The position numbers were made by a program, and so were the translations under genes. The notes under the pieces are model-generated. The model made no database searches, was not told the DNA's origin, and saw only the letters and a list, made by a program, of their open reading frames with translations. A DNA stretch of 64,000 nucleotides from Felis catus. Its lineage: Eukaryota. Positions 1 through 12,232 of this stretch are shown here, in pieces. The stretch's first letter is position 1, and every line of letters starts with the position of its first letter. Location: assembly GCF_018350175.1 (NCBI RefSeq), contig NC_058368.1:154940001-155004000 (forward strand). Direction: 5' to 3'.

Positions 1-1418
1 AAATCACTGCGGCATTTCTGTAAAAGCCCCAATGTAAACAAAAACATACAAATGACTGGAGTCTGTTCAAATTCGACAAAGGTGCCCTCTACCCACTATG
101 CTTTGCTTGAATTGGGTTCTTTGTGTCCCCATTTCCCCTAGCCTTGGCCAAGCACATTTTGTCTCTCACTAGTGCTCTGATGACGATGACATAATGGTGT
201 GTATTCACTGCAGTGGCTTGTGCAGAACTATGGTGCAAACTTCCTTCATTGTTTCCTTGGGGCAGTCATTCCAGGGAGCGAGTTGTACTCTCCTTCAAGA
301 TGAACACTGCAACATTTTGACTCTCTCAATGGCTAAAAATCTCTTTCATCCAAAATATTGTTTCACGTGACCCTTTGTTCTTATTTAGAGTATACAAATA
401 GTGTGTGAACATGAAACACATTTTATACAGTACGTTGGGGGAAAAAAAGGTAACATTATTTTCCCTCTCCTCCACCACCATGTTCATAGATTTGGAGAGT
501 TGGGCTTAGCATTCACTTGTCTAATAATTATTGTGAAGGGGAAAGTGAATTCAGAATCTGTAGAAAGCAATGAACTATTTCCAAATAGCAGTAGTGTCCA
601 TATTTATCCCTGATCACTAAATGGGACTGATTATAAACGTACTGGGAGACTAGGAGAAAAGCACTGTTGATTTACTTTACATAGATAAACAAGCCACATA
701 AAAAATGAAAGCACAATGCTTACTGAATTGTTAGTGATTAAACATTAATGACTGTAAAGCTTAGTCAAACACTGAAAGTCTTAAAGTCTTCCACAGTACA
801 TCATGTTGAGTGTCAACGGATAAAACAGAATGCCAATATTAGTTGGAATGTTCTTGAAAAGAGTTAAGCTTTGTCAATAGCTATAAATGTACATGTGCCG
901 ATATCTAAAAATCTATCAATCTCCACACACGGTCTGTAGAGGCTCTATTAGTCTGACCAACCAGAAGTATTCTGGTACTGGTTGGCACCAAAAATAAGCA
1001 AATCTGTAAGTAACTTTACGTGTACTTATTTGTTTATTTTGTGCCATAGGTATGTATTTTGCTATCGATATAGTCAAGCATTTATTATGTACATTAAAGG
1101 AAGTCAGAAACAGAATGAATACATCAAATTTTTCTTTCTGTTCTCCTAAGCCTCTCTGCCGAGCAGAGTGCAATAGCAAAAGCAAGCTTAAACCAATATC
1201 TGTCACATATCAAATAACTATTAAAAAGGTGGCACAAAAAAAGGCATACGTCCTGTTTTGTGGGAAGCTCATGGAGGTCCCCACACTCTATCCTCAGCCA
1301 CTTTCGGCCACTTTGGACAGTCATCTTACAGAAACAATAAGTTTGAACCAAGGACGGGTGGCATTTTAATTTCAGTGCCCCCACTCCTGTCACAGATGAA
1401 TTCATTGCCGTATCTAAC

Positions 1419-1447
<29 letters not shown>
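1419..1447 (+). repeat. Poly(A) tract (A29), no attached SINE body
   Basis: 29 consecutive A; no flanking TSD or SINE head seen. Confidence 0.95.
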
Positions 1448-1449
<2 letters not shown>

Positions 1450-1777
1450 TTGGTTGATCTTGCTATGAAAAGATCATTTCATCAGCTTCAAAAAAACTCT
1501 TTCACACAAGGACCCAGGGGAGCAGAATATTCCCACCCGTGTGGGAAATCCCTGCTGGTACACCATTCAGCAAGTCAGAGCATCATCAAAAAAGTACTGG
1601 AGGGCAGTGTGTATGGTGAAAAGCATATTTGGGGTTATTTGGGAATTGAAAATGGATCAGGCATGAGATGATATTCAGGAATAAATTTTAGTTTTATTAG
1701 GTGTAATAATGTTATTTTCACAATAACACCATATTTCTCATGGAGAATAAGTAACACCTTGAAAAATGGAAGTGTAA

Positions 1778-1915
1778 CTCAGTGTTTATTAATCTCTTTT
1801 GGATTATGGAATTCTGAGACACAGAAAAAAGCTATGGGTCCTTTGACAGAATAGTGCACATATGGACCTACATACACATTTTTTATGTAGATCAAGGGAT
1901 TTTTTAACTCCTATT
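1778..1915. mobile_element. MER103-like hAT-Charlie DNA transposon relic
   Basis: Resembles recalled MER103C motif (ttttgg...gaaagctatgg.cc...agaa...tgcaca); highly diverged. Confidence 0.45.
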
Positions 1916-3473
1916 CTAGTTAGTGGAAGAAACAGCTAAGTTCACTAATGATTACAATAAGTGCTATACTTGCAAGATCATGATATTCACAGGACTGGAA
2001 GTAAATCATACATATTTTAGGATCTGGGAGCACTTTATGATGACTGTAGAGATAGGATTTGAAAAAGTGTGAAAAGGAAAAAAAAAAGCCAATCAAGATG
2101 GAAGAAAGGATTCAGCAATACTTAAGGGCAAAGACAGATTTTTTCATGTTCTATCCCTGGAGCCAAAAAGCAATCCCTGGCATATGGTAGGTGCAAAATA
2201 ACTTTTGTTGAAAAAAGCAAAGGTCATGGATAAGCCACCAACTGAATATTCATCCTTACAGTTCTCTGCCTGATGCTAAATGGTTCTTATACTTCTAAGG
2301 TAAAGATCCCCATTAGATTCACCCCCGTCTTATTCCCTAGCACCTCCAGCAGGGTCGGACGGAGTAGCTTTTGCATTTCTCCTGTTGGCAGGAATCAACC
2401 CTGTGGCCATTGGCCCATGATCTCTTTTGTATTAAGACAAAATGTTAGAGCCTATGTATTACTGTGAAATGAAATAATATCTTTAGCACTGCATTTAAAA
2501 TAACAACCTGCCTAAAGGCAAAATTCTCTTTCCCTCATCACACAGCGAATCTCTATTTCACATTCTGCACTTGTTCTGGGAGCGGTCCCATCCCCAGACA
2601 CTGCGATGGAGAATTGTGAGGACGTTACTGAGTGCAGAACCTGGAGAGACAGGCAGTGCAGGAATAAACCTTATGTGGCGGGATTAAAGAAAATTCGGCC
2701 TCAAAGCACAGCCATTAAGTATGCACTGTGTTGATGATGAAGGTGGGGAAGGCAGACTGAATAATGCATTTTGATATTTTGAGGATCATCCTCGCTTCAT
2801 CCAAATACTTGTATTTAAAGAAAGCCATTCTTACAAAGAGGAAGGCTTTGCCTATGCAGACATACTATTTTGAGCATGTCAGAGGGAATCTACATCATAT
2901 TAGGCTGAAGATTAGAGAAACTGTATTTTACTGAAATACTTGAAGTAATTACTGGGAAAATACCCTGAATTCTTTGAGGCCTTGTGTTATTTACGATTAA
3001 AAGACTTTGGCTTTAAATGTGTCTTAAAGAAAAATTCTAAAAGTAACATGCATATAGTATTGTACCTTGTGGTATTTTATCTCAAAGTTAATTGGGGAAA
3101 TGTTTACATAGAATCATTCACTTTGCAGCAATGTGGAGAAGCTAATGCTTTGTTGAAAGTTGTCCAGACCCCCCACAGCCACCACCACAAACTCAACTTT
3201 CCGATGAAAGAATCTCACGTATAAGATATATGACAGTGGTTCTTGGACTGTTGTGAGTAAGTACCGGAAGTTAAAATTTTGAAGTCCACCAATCAGAAAA
3301 CGTATACAAAGCCTTATAGATAAGATATTCTTCCACAAATCATAGCACAGTATAAAATAAGAAAGAAATCCCTAACTTAAAATGATCATCTGTATGACAA
3401 TGTGTCTGAGGATAAGCAGATGTTTTGGGACATTAAACCAGGCTTGAAAAGCTTAGATTAAGAGTTAATAAAC

Positions 3474-3670
3474 TAGGGTCAGTGATCCAAATCTGGGCCC
3501 AAGGCCTATTTTTACATGGCCCTCAGGCTAAGGATGGTTTTCAAACTTTTAAAGGGTTGTATAGAAAACAAAACAATGAGAGATATATGACAGAGACCAT
3601 ATGTAATTTCCAAAGCCTGAAGTATTTATTATCAGGCCATTTACAGAAATATCTTTCCAATCTCAGGTTT
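3474..3670. mobile_element. MER58-like hAT-Charlie MITE
   Basis: 'gctaaggatggttttcaaacttttaaagggttg' and 'aaagcctgaagtatttattatcaggccatttacagaaa' resemble MER58 consensus. Confidence 0.65.
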
Positions 3671-6600
3671 AGAATCTAATGTACTAGTGGCTAGCCTTGA
3701 TGTGAGATTTTGGATTCAGTTGGAAATGCCACATTATTATACCAAAGATACATCTCTTCTGCAGCAATTTGTGCCATTTTAGAGCCCCCCAAACATGGAA
3801 TATTTCTCTAGCAACAAATTAAATTCTCAAATTTCTTGTTACTTTAAATCATACTAACTAGATTTGCCTTCCCTATCAGAAGTAATCCTTTAGAAATAAA
3901 GTTGTCCAATGAAAATTTTAGAACTGAAAAGTTTTTGACATATTTTGAAGGAACATGGATCAGAGGTGCAAAACTCAGACTTTCTGAAGGCACTGAAAAA
4001 TTCTTATACCCAACTGTAATATTCTTTCTTATGAATTCTTCTTCAGAAAAAGCTATATGTCTATGTATATCTTTGAATATACAGATTCACGTGAAGATAT
4101 TTTGATATTTTAATCTAAGAAATTTTCAAATGTATTTATTCAATAACCTAAAATCCTTTTAATGTGTTTAACTATCTTGTGAACTAACTCCTGAGAGTTC
4201 AGAATTTAGGCTCAACTGATACAATTTTGTCATTAACATTATTACTAAACTGATATTCTTTTTAGTTTATATGCATGGACATATAACTTATTATTATATG
4301 GTACTAAAACTGAGATTGGTCTGGCCATGAGTAAAGATTCCTGTATTAGAAGCTAATAATATATTTCAGAATGATCTTTTACATTAAATAGGAGTTAATA
4401 AAATAATTTTAACAACGTTATTTTTCCCTTAAGTCATGCTTATAAAGCAGTGTCAGAGATGTCATATTTCTTATAATGTGGAATTATTATTTGTGGTTAT
4501 ATCTGTAAATATTGAAAGTGGTACAGAGAGATAAAATACCATGAAAGAGAAAATAATTAGAATGTGTTCTCATAAACATAAGAAAAAAGCAATATTTTTC
4601 TTAAAGTGCCTTTGAAAACTCTTACAAAAATAAAAGAAACAAAATTGCATTTTGATAAGTACATTTCATGTAAATAAGAAATTCTCCCCTATTTAAAAGT
4701 TTTTTCTTAAGAAATAGACCATTCGCTCCTTGCCATAATTTTCATTTGAGGTGCTCACTCTGGGGGCCCTGAGAAACAGTAACAATATTTAGATCAAATG
4801 CCTGGATATTTCAGAGTTTTTGAGTAATGAATTACAGCTATTTTGCTTAGGAAAAAAAATCAGTTTTTTGGTAGTCTACTTTAAATCTTTGACACACTCT
4901 ACATCAAACAAGGTCAAGCCACAAATAATGCCCAAGATCAACTTAAGATCAAGCAAAAATCAATAACTTGTAATATGGATTTTGAAGGATGTGGGTCAAT
5001 GTAAAAGCAGCAAGATTTTTTTCCTCCTTCTTTTCAAACGAATGCACATCTTCTGTGGGTAAAACCCAAAGCAATCTCTTTTACACCGTCTATTCCAAAA
5101 GATAAAATACCTCCGAAACAACAAGCCTTTGACATCTGTGACACAGGAGACATGCAGAAGTCATTAAGGGTATCCCGAGGGGGTTCCAACAGTTGCTTCA
5201 CTTTAGGGTGGGTGTGAGAAGACTTAAAATTAAATTACTTTAAAATAAAGTTAAAGCACCAAGCAATTTCCTGCTCTCGACTCAGTAGGGTTTCCCGTGA
5301 GAAAAGAAAGTAGGCAAAAAGTTCAGACAGACAGACAAACATATTTACCCCTAGGTGGAAGGTACAAATTAAATTAGCCTGCTACAAAAGGGAGATGTTT
5401 TCTCCTTCTGTTCAGATGTCATGGTAGTGAGGAAACATAGTCTGGGGCCAAGAAAAATGGCACAAATGCATTCATCTGAGCTACCATTCATCCTGATCCA
5501 AGGTCTAAACAGAACACATAAAAGAACAGCACTGTTGAAGGACTTCCTCTCCCTAGTTACCAAGTTGAGACTTGCAAAGGAACATGGGAGCAGGGGGTAG
5601 GGATCTTTCCAGAATGTTTCAGTGTTGATGGAAGTGTCAGAGGATGTTATGGAGTTAATGACTGAATCTGAAATCACATCAGTGTAATTTGATTCCATAT
5701 TTCATAGGAAAAGCTGTATTTTATGGTACACAGTATGGTGTGTTTAAAGGTACATTGTGAACTTTCTTTCCCTCTGTAGCTGGAAACCAATATAGGCACT
5801 TCCAAAGAGTCAAGTATCTATTATAGTGCCTCATTAATATGCATGTTTTTGGCACTCAGTTTGGTTCAGCTGGTATGCTTTCCAGTATCTCATTCTTTAT
5901 TTATATGAGACTAGGAGGTGTGACCTATGGAGCCAGTTGGCTGTCATGAATTGGAATATTCATTAAGCCTCATGAATTATGCATTAGACTGCTTATAATA
6001 CTGCTAGATCCACATTTGATCTAGCCAGAACTCTCAACTGCTTCCCATTCGATGGAATGATCCACATTTTGGTCAAAGTGTGTATGTGTTCCATATACTG
6101 CAGAAAGAGTATTTGTGTATTTCCTACCCAAAAAATCTTAGAGATTTTGCAACTCGTGTCTGACTGAGTGGGTTTCATATTTTTTTCATGTTTGAAGGGC
6201 ACAGCAGACATGGTTCTCCTCTGGCAAACTAGGTTTGAGTAGCACTCTTCTCTACCCTGATTACTATTTCCATCCATTACTGCCCTTGCCTATAAAAGTC
6301 ACCAATGACTGGTGAGCAGCCTGGATTTACAAAAGATATGTAGCTATCTCCTGGTGATCCACACATAAAAGCAAAGCCAAATATAGGACAGAGAGAGTGC
6401 TTTTAGAATTTAGTTTCTCTTATCTAAAATAAGGAAATCCTTTTACTGATAACCTTACCATTTTCGTTGCCTTTTTTTAATGGCTAGGTATATCCAGGAC
6501 ATATAAAACCTAATTTGTAGATTTTGCTGAGGTCATAAGATTTTATCAAAATTCAAAACAAGTACTTATTAGTTAGACATTAAATATTTCAGTTTCTAAA

Positions 6601-9600
6601 ATATATGCATCAGTATTAAATTCATGTCTTTAAATCCATACCTTTTAGAAAAGAAAGATGAAAACTGCTGAAAAGATCAGCTGGTAAAGATTAATATAAT
6701 CTCTTAAACATATATCAGCAAGCTCAAGTGCTAAAGGCATTTCACTCTTTAGATTCATAGTACAAGCTATTCGAGTTAAAATTTCCCCACCAAAAAACCT
6801 ATTCTTAAGTGAAAATAAGGCTTTTTGTAGCATCGATCTCAAATCTTTGATAACCATCCACTTACGAAGGTTTCTACTCTCTCTTCATGTAGATCTACCT
6901 TGGAAGGTTCTCCTCCTATTTAGGGAAATAGTTATTACCAGTTTAAGTCTAAAACATAATCTGAATTTAATGCATTCTATTTGCTATATTCTGGAACATT
7001 AAACTAAAGAATCTATAGCCAGCTCTACGAAAGGTCATGGGTGAGTCCTGGGTAAAATGGCATTGTTTACAGATTTTTTAGTGAAGAGATTAGCTGTCAT
7101 TTATTTTCACATACCTAACTGAGGAGCTTTAGTGGTTCCCAGCAAGAGTGTGTTCTCGTCTCTTTCTTAGCCTGTCACATCCTTGTCAGTTTCAATAAAA
7201 TTACTTACCTGAATTATGCAAATGAGGTTTTGTTATGTCCAGCTCCCATTATTGTTCATCTCCACTACAGCTGAAAATTCTAGCAGACCCCTTGCTTATA
7301 CTGTCTGATTCCAGGACTCCTTAGGTCAAGACCTTTCAACCTCAGAGCTTGACTTATGCCACAACCGTTTGACAAATCGCCCAGACCCTCACAAAAGCCA
7401 GTTGAGCTCCAGAGTGGCTGCTCTCTCTATACACCACTGTTTCTCTGTTTTGACATTTCCTTCTCACTTTTCCTCTCAGTAATTAGACAAAGGGAGAAAA
7501 AGACATTTGTGTTCAAAGAATGCTTTCATTTAGGACTGTGATAAATGGCTCCCCTTTCCAAGAAGCTGCGATCCCACTGCAGGACAGAAGGTTCCTTCAC
7601 AAGGGGGCATGGACAGCGGAGGCCGCCCACCAAAGGCTTCCCGGACGTCAGCTTTGCCTCTAAAAAGGCTGTAGAGAGTGTCCACTGATCTTATCTGCGT
7701 TTTCAGTCAAACTGAAAAAGGGAAAATGTAGCATGAACTTCCCATGTTAAAACCATCATCGTTGTAAATACAACGACATGAAGTTTATAATTTAAGTATC
7801 TCTAGGAATGTCTGGTGTTGGAAAACAAATTTGGAACAAAAAGGCATTGTTATTTTTTAAAGTCCTCGTAATGCCGTTAAAAAGTCTTTGGTTCAGGTAC
7901 TAAATTTCAGAGTATAATATATCCCACTCCCCACTATGTTGCCTGCATCATCTTGACAAAGAATGAATTCACAGAGCAATCAGAGATCTGACATTGTAGT
8001 GGCCCATGACACATGTGAAGTATTTGTGGGGAAGTTTGACCATGTTCTTTTAAAAATAAAAGAACAACTCTATCACGCTGCAAAAGGGAAAACTGGAATT
8101 GTAATAAAAAATTTTAATAGAGAGTAATTTATGTCAACCATGTTTTCATAAGCTTCTTTCAGAGTAATGAGTTAATGTTTATTGTTCCACTGGGGAAGAA
8201 AGATTGCCAAACATGCAAAATAATTGGAACTGCATGTGACTCAACTGTTGAGAGTTTCGGTGAAGAATTAGCATGTTCCTGTTCATGCTATAGTTAATCT
8301 GTCGCCTCTGCTCATGCTAGTGCATTAATTAGAAAATCACCAAATGACATTCCCAAATGAGGCAAATCACCTCTATGATCTGATAGCCCACTTGAATTAA
8401 TAAGCCAACAAATCTACCTTTGATGTTTAAGGTATGATGCACAACTTGATTTACCAATTAAAGGGAGAAAAATCAAGAAAATGTGGGATTTTCAAAAATA
8501 TTCATTAGAAGTTGGCATATGGCATTTATCTGATTTATGGAGTACTACATGTAGACTCATTTAAGTTAGCCCTGTGAACTTACGACAATTCAAATACGTA
8601 CAAGAGAGCATTATTTTTTATTTTATATGAATTTTAGTAATTAATAGATCTTACATCTTACAATAGATCTTAAACAGCTCCTACTAATGGATTTACAATA
8701 ACATTTTTTTTTAATAAAAAGGAAACCTGGCACACGATTTTAAAAAGACAATGTCAATTTATGTAAACAAACTATTTGTGGTGCTTTCTTCCTTGTGTTT
8801 AGCTAGGGGAGCTAAAACAAGGTAAGAGAATAAACATGTCAGAGCTCCTATCTCCAAAACCAAAACAAAGCCAAAGGAAGAATCAATTCCATTTGGATTT
8901 TTATTGAAAGCTTTGTGAGGGAACAGGGTCTTTAGATGTTTCCCATGTAAAAGGCACTAGACCAGGCAGCCTGATATGCTTGAAATGATGTACCCTCAGG
9001 CCTAAAGGCCAGGATGCATTCCGCTTCAGAGATCTTTTCCAACATGCGGGAATGCACTTAGAGAGAGAGGGCAACCATGGGAACTCATTTGGTAAACCTT
9101 TAACTGATACAGTATATGCTCAGTTTATGGTTTCTATTCATTCTGTAAACTGAACAGAGCAGAGGTGAACCCACCAATGCATAACTGAAAATGAGTATCA
9201 GTGAAACAGATCCAGTATTTAAAGAGGAGCATAGCTTAATGTGAAAGAGAGCTCATTATCTGTGACAAATTCTAACTAATATTAGACATGTAAGTTCTCG
9301 TTATGGTACCAAAAAATAGAGCTTTAAGTACAAGGATATCCCTAACTGAAACTGCATATGTGTTATTATATGATTCTAAAGATTTCTGGGACTTCTCTTT
9401 TGACCAGGTTCTGTGTGCTCCAATATCAACACACTTAAATATTTAAAAAGTTTGCTCTATTATTTTTAGTGGCCTATTATAGGCTTCCACTTGAGTTTTG
9501 TCAGCAAAATATGTCTTTATTTTTAAAGCAAAAATGCCTACTTTTTCTGATGGGTTATAGTAAAATGATTTTCTCTGTTAATTTCAAAGCAGAGGAACCT

Positions 9601-10117
9601 GGTTTAATTCGTTACTCAATATGATCCCTTTTAAAAGATGGGCATGATTATTCAGAGAAGTCATATTCTAAATTTATCTATTCCGTAACATTCCATTTCC
9701 TTCAAGGCACTGATAATATTGTGTCTCCTAAGCATATCATAAACACTCAGTAAATGTTTGTTGCAGGATTATTTTTTTATTAAGCACCAATTATATGTTA
9801 CTAACTTCTGCTCCTTGGAAGCTCACGGTCAAAAAATAAAAAGAAAAACCAACATGTAAAATAGCCATATAACAAAGAAAAAAACCCAAATGATATATAA
9901 ACAATGTTATAGGAAATTCCTTACAATGATGGCTGTCAGAGTAGTAGGTGGATAGGAAATGTATCTACCATTGGCTATCAAGTACTTACCAAATTATGCT
10001 CATTAGCCTAAAGAAAAAATATCCTGGCTTTGCGTTAGATGCTCTTCTAGAATTTTAGTTGAATTTCCACGATTATGAACAACCATTTGTGTAGTTAAAA
10101 GTGTGATGAAATTTTTA

Positions 10118-10343
10118 GGGGCGCCTGGGTGGCGCAGTCGGCTAAGCGTCCGACTTCAGCCAGGTCACGATCTCGCGGTCCAGGAGTTCGAGCCCCGCGA
10201 CGGGCTCTGGGCTGATGGCTCAGAGCCTGGAGCCTGTTTCCCATTCTGTGTCTCCCTCTCTCTCTGCCCCTCCCCCATTCATGCTCTGTCTCTCTCTGTC
10301 CCAAAAATAAATAAACGTTGAGAAAAAAAATTTAAAAAAAAAA
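10118..10343 (+). mobile_element. Young feline SINE (SINEC_Fc type)
   Basis: GGGGCGCCTGGGTGGCGCAGTCGG head, CpGs largely intact, (CT) tract, AATAAA, A-tail; perfect 20-bp TSD AAAAGTGTGATGAAATTTTT at 10097-10116 and 10344-10363. Confidence 0.97.
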
Positions 10344-10446
10344 AAAAGTGTGATGAAATTTTTGCAGAAGTCAGAAATTTTCTTACCTAATTTCAAAAAG
10401 ATTATCCCTCATTAATCAGTCAGGAAGTGATTAAAGAAAGTGTTTA

Positions 10447-10635
10447 GGGGCGCCTGGGTGGCTCAGTCTGTTGGGCATCTGACTTCGGCTCAGGTCATGA
10501 TCTCTCTCATCTTGTGGGTTCAAGCCCCACATGGGGCTCTATGTTGACAGCTCAGAGACTGAAGCCTGCTTCAGATTCTGTGTCTCCGTCTCTCTGCCCT
10601 TCCCCTTCCTTTGGCTTTGTTTTGATTTTGAGAGA

Positions 10636-10674
<39 letters not shown>

Positions 10675-10702
10675 ACTAAATAAACATTAAAAAAAAATTT
10701 CT
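10447..10702 (+). mobile_element. Feline SINE with non-consensus internal segment
   Basis: SINE head at 10447; direct repeat TTAAAGAAAGTGTTT at 10431-10445 and 10703-10717; atypical segment 10605-10630. Confidence 0.95.
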
Positions 10703-11079
10703 TTAAAGAAAGTGTTTCATCTGTAGCTATGTTTCTACCACCTATTTTCTTATCCTTTTAATCAGGTATTCCTACCCAATAAATAATTAGTTGTATAGGA
10801 GAGCCAAAAACAGAAGTTCTTTCTGGTATTATTATAACTGAGTAGAACATTGATCTCTTTCTGAAGGCACAAGGTCTGAAACAAGAGACTGCATTTGATT
10901 TTGAAACTTAGCTATGATGATGGTTTCCAATTTCTATTCAAGAGTAGAAAATTATACAATTTGATTTATTGCAGCAACTTCTTTTTATACCTCTTCTTCT
11001 CCATATAGTGGGTTTTAGAATACTTAAAGAAGAAATACTCATTGTTCTTTTTGAAATATGCAGGGGAAAAAACCACTAT

Positions 11080-12060
11080 TTTTCCTTTCCCCTTCCACTC
11101 TCCAACAACCTATTCTTCCCGCGCCTTCAGCCCACATTTCAGCGCTTGGCACTATCCTCTCCCCCATTATCAAAATCACAGGAACCTGGAACTCCCTTAA
11201 ACTTTATATTCTCTCACATATACAATATGCATACACAACATGTGCACTTTAATATCAAACGTATTTGTCCCTTAGTTCACCCCCTTGTCCCTGCCTCAAT
11301 CCAGATCCTCCTAAACTTGCCCAGCTTCTCTGCTTTATGTCTTAGATGTTCCATCCCATCCTCCCCTCTACAGCTGGAGTCTTCAATATAAAATGCAAAT
11401 CCAGGGGTGCCTGGGTGTCTCAGTCGGTTGGGCGTCGGACTTCAGCTCAGGTCATGATCTCACTGTTGGTGGGTTCAAGGCTCATGTCGGGCTCTGCGCT
11501 GACAGCTCAGAGCCTGCAGCCTACTTCAGAGTCTGTGTCTCCCTCTCTCTCTCTGCACCTCCCCCCTCTCACTGGGTCTCTCTCTGTCTCTTGAAAATAA
11601 ATAAATGTTAGAAAAAAAATATATATATATATAATGCAAATCCAAACATAGGGCAGCTCAATATCCTTCAATAGCTCCCACATAGAAATCAGGATCAAAT
11701 TAAATACCTTAGCAGAGCCCACTTCCCCATAGCAGATTCGCACACTGCTTCATGGATCCTTCATGCTTTCACAGGGTGTCCCTATGGCTGCAGTATTTCT
11801 CTTTCCCTCTTCCTCAATCTCCACTTCACCTACCTCAGCACTACTCTTGATTCCATCAACTTGTCCCAGAACCCTCCTCAACTTGGTGTCTGCTTTATAT
11901 GCTTTTCTGTGCTCTTCCCACTCTGCCCATTTATTTGTCTTATTACTTGTCTGTTTACACTAGACCTTGAACTCTTCCAATGTGGAAAATTTATCCCACT
12001 TTGTTTCTTTCAATGGCCTAGAATTTATTTAGCTTTTGATTAATATCTGGCAAATGAAGA
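11080..12060 (+). mobile_element. L2 (LINE2) 3' fragment interrupted by a SINE
   Basis: Pyrimidine-rich L2-like sequence on both sides of the SINE at 11404; heavily diverged. Confidence 0.5.
11404..11632 (+). mobile_element. Feline SINE
   Basis: SINE head/body, tail partly (AT)n; TSD AATGCAAATCCA at 11392-11403 and 11633-11644. Confidence 0.95.
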
Positions 12061-12232
12061 GACTTCCAAAACAGAGGAACTGAGCCTTACGAAGTTTCTG
12101 GAGATTGATTATTTTGTTTCCAATAAAAGCAAGAGAAAAAAATGAGAAAAAATTACAACAGAAATAATGACAGTGTAAATCTAGCATGTATCACTGAGGC
12201 TATCCATTACATTTAGAAAAAAATTAATACAT

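Noticed and set aside
1258..1671. 137-aa ORF with poly-lysine
   Set aside because: Poly-K comes from the A29 tract; non-ATG start and no recognisable protein similarity.
5369..5698. 109-aa minus-strand ORF
   Set aside because: No recognisable domain or flanking splice structure; length is within chance expectation for 64 kb.
10118..10200. tRNA-like A/B boxes
   Set aside because: These are the tRNA-derived heads of carnivore SINEs, not tRNA genes.
10095..10321. Recurrent ORFs such as MAQSV...SAQVMIS and GAPGWRSRLSVR
   Set aside because: Translations of SINE copies, not genes; the same applies to ORFs at 11346, 17965, 19228, 26675, 28211, 31160, 44942 and 61556.
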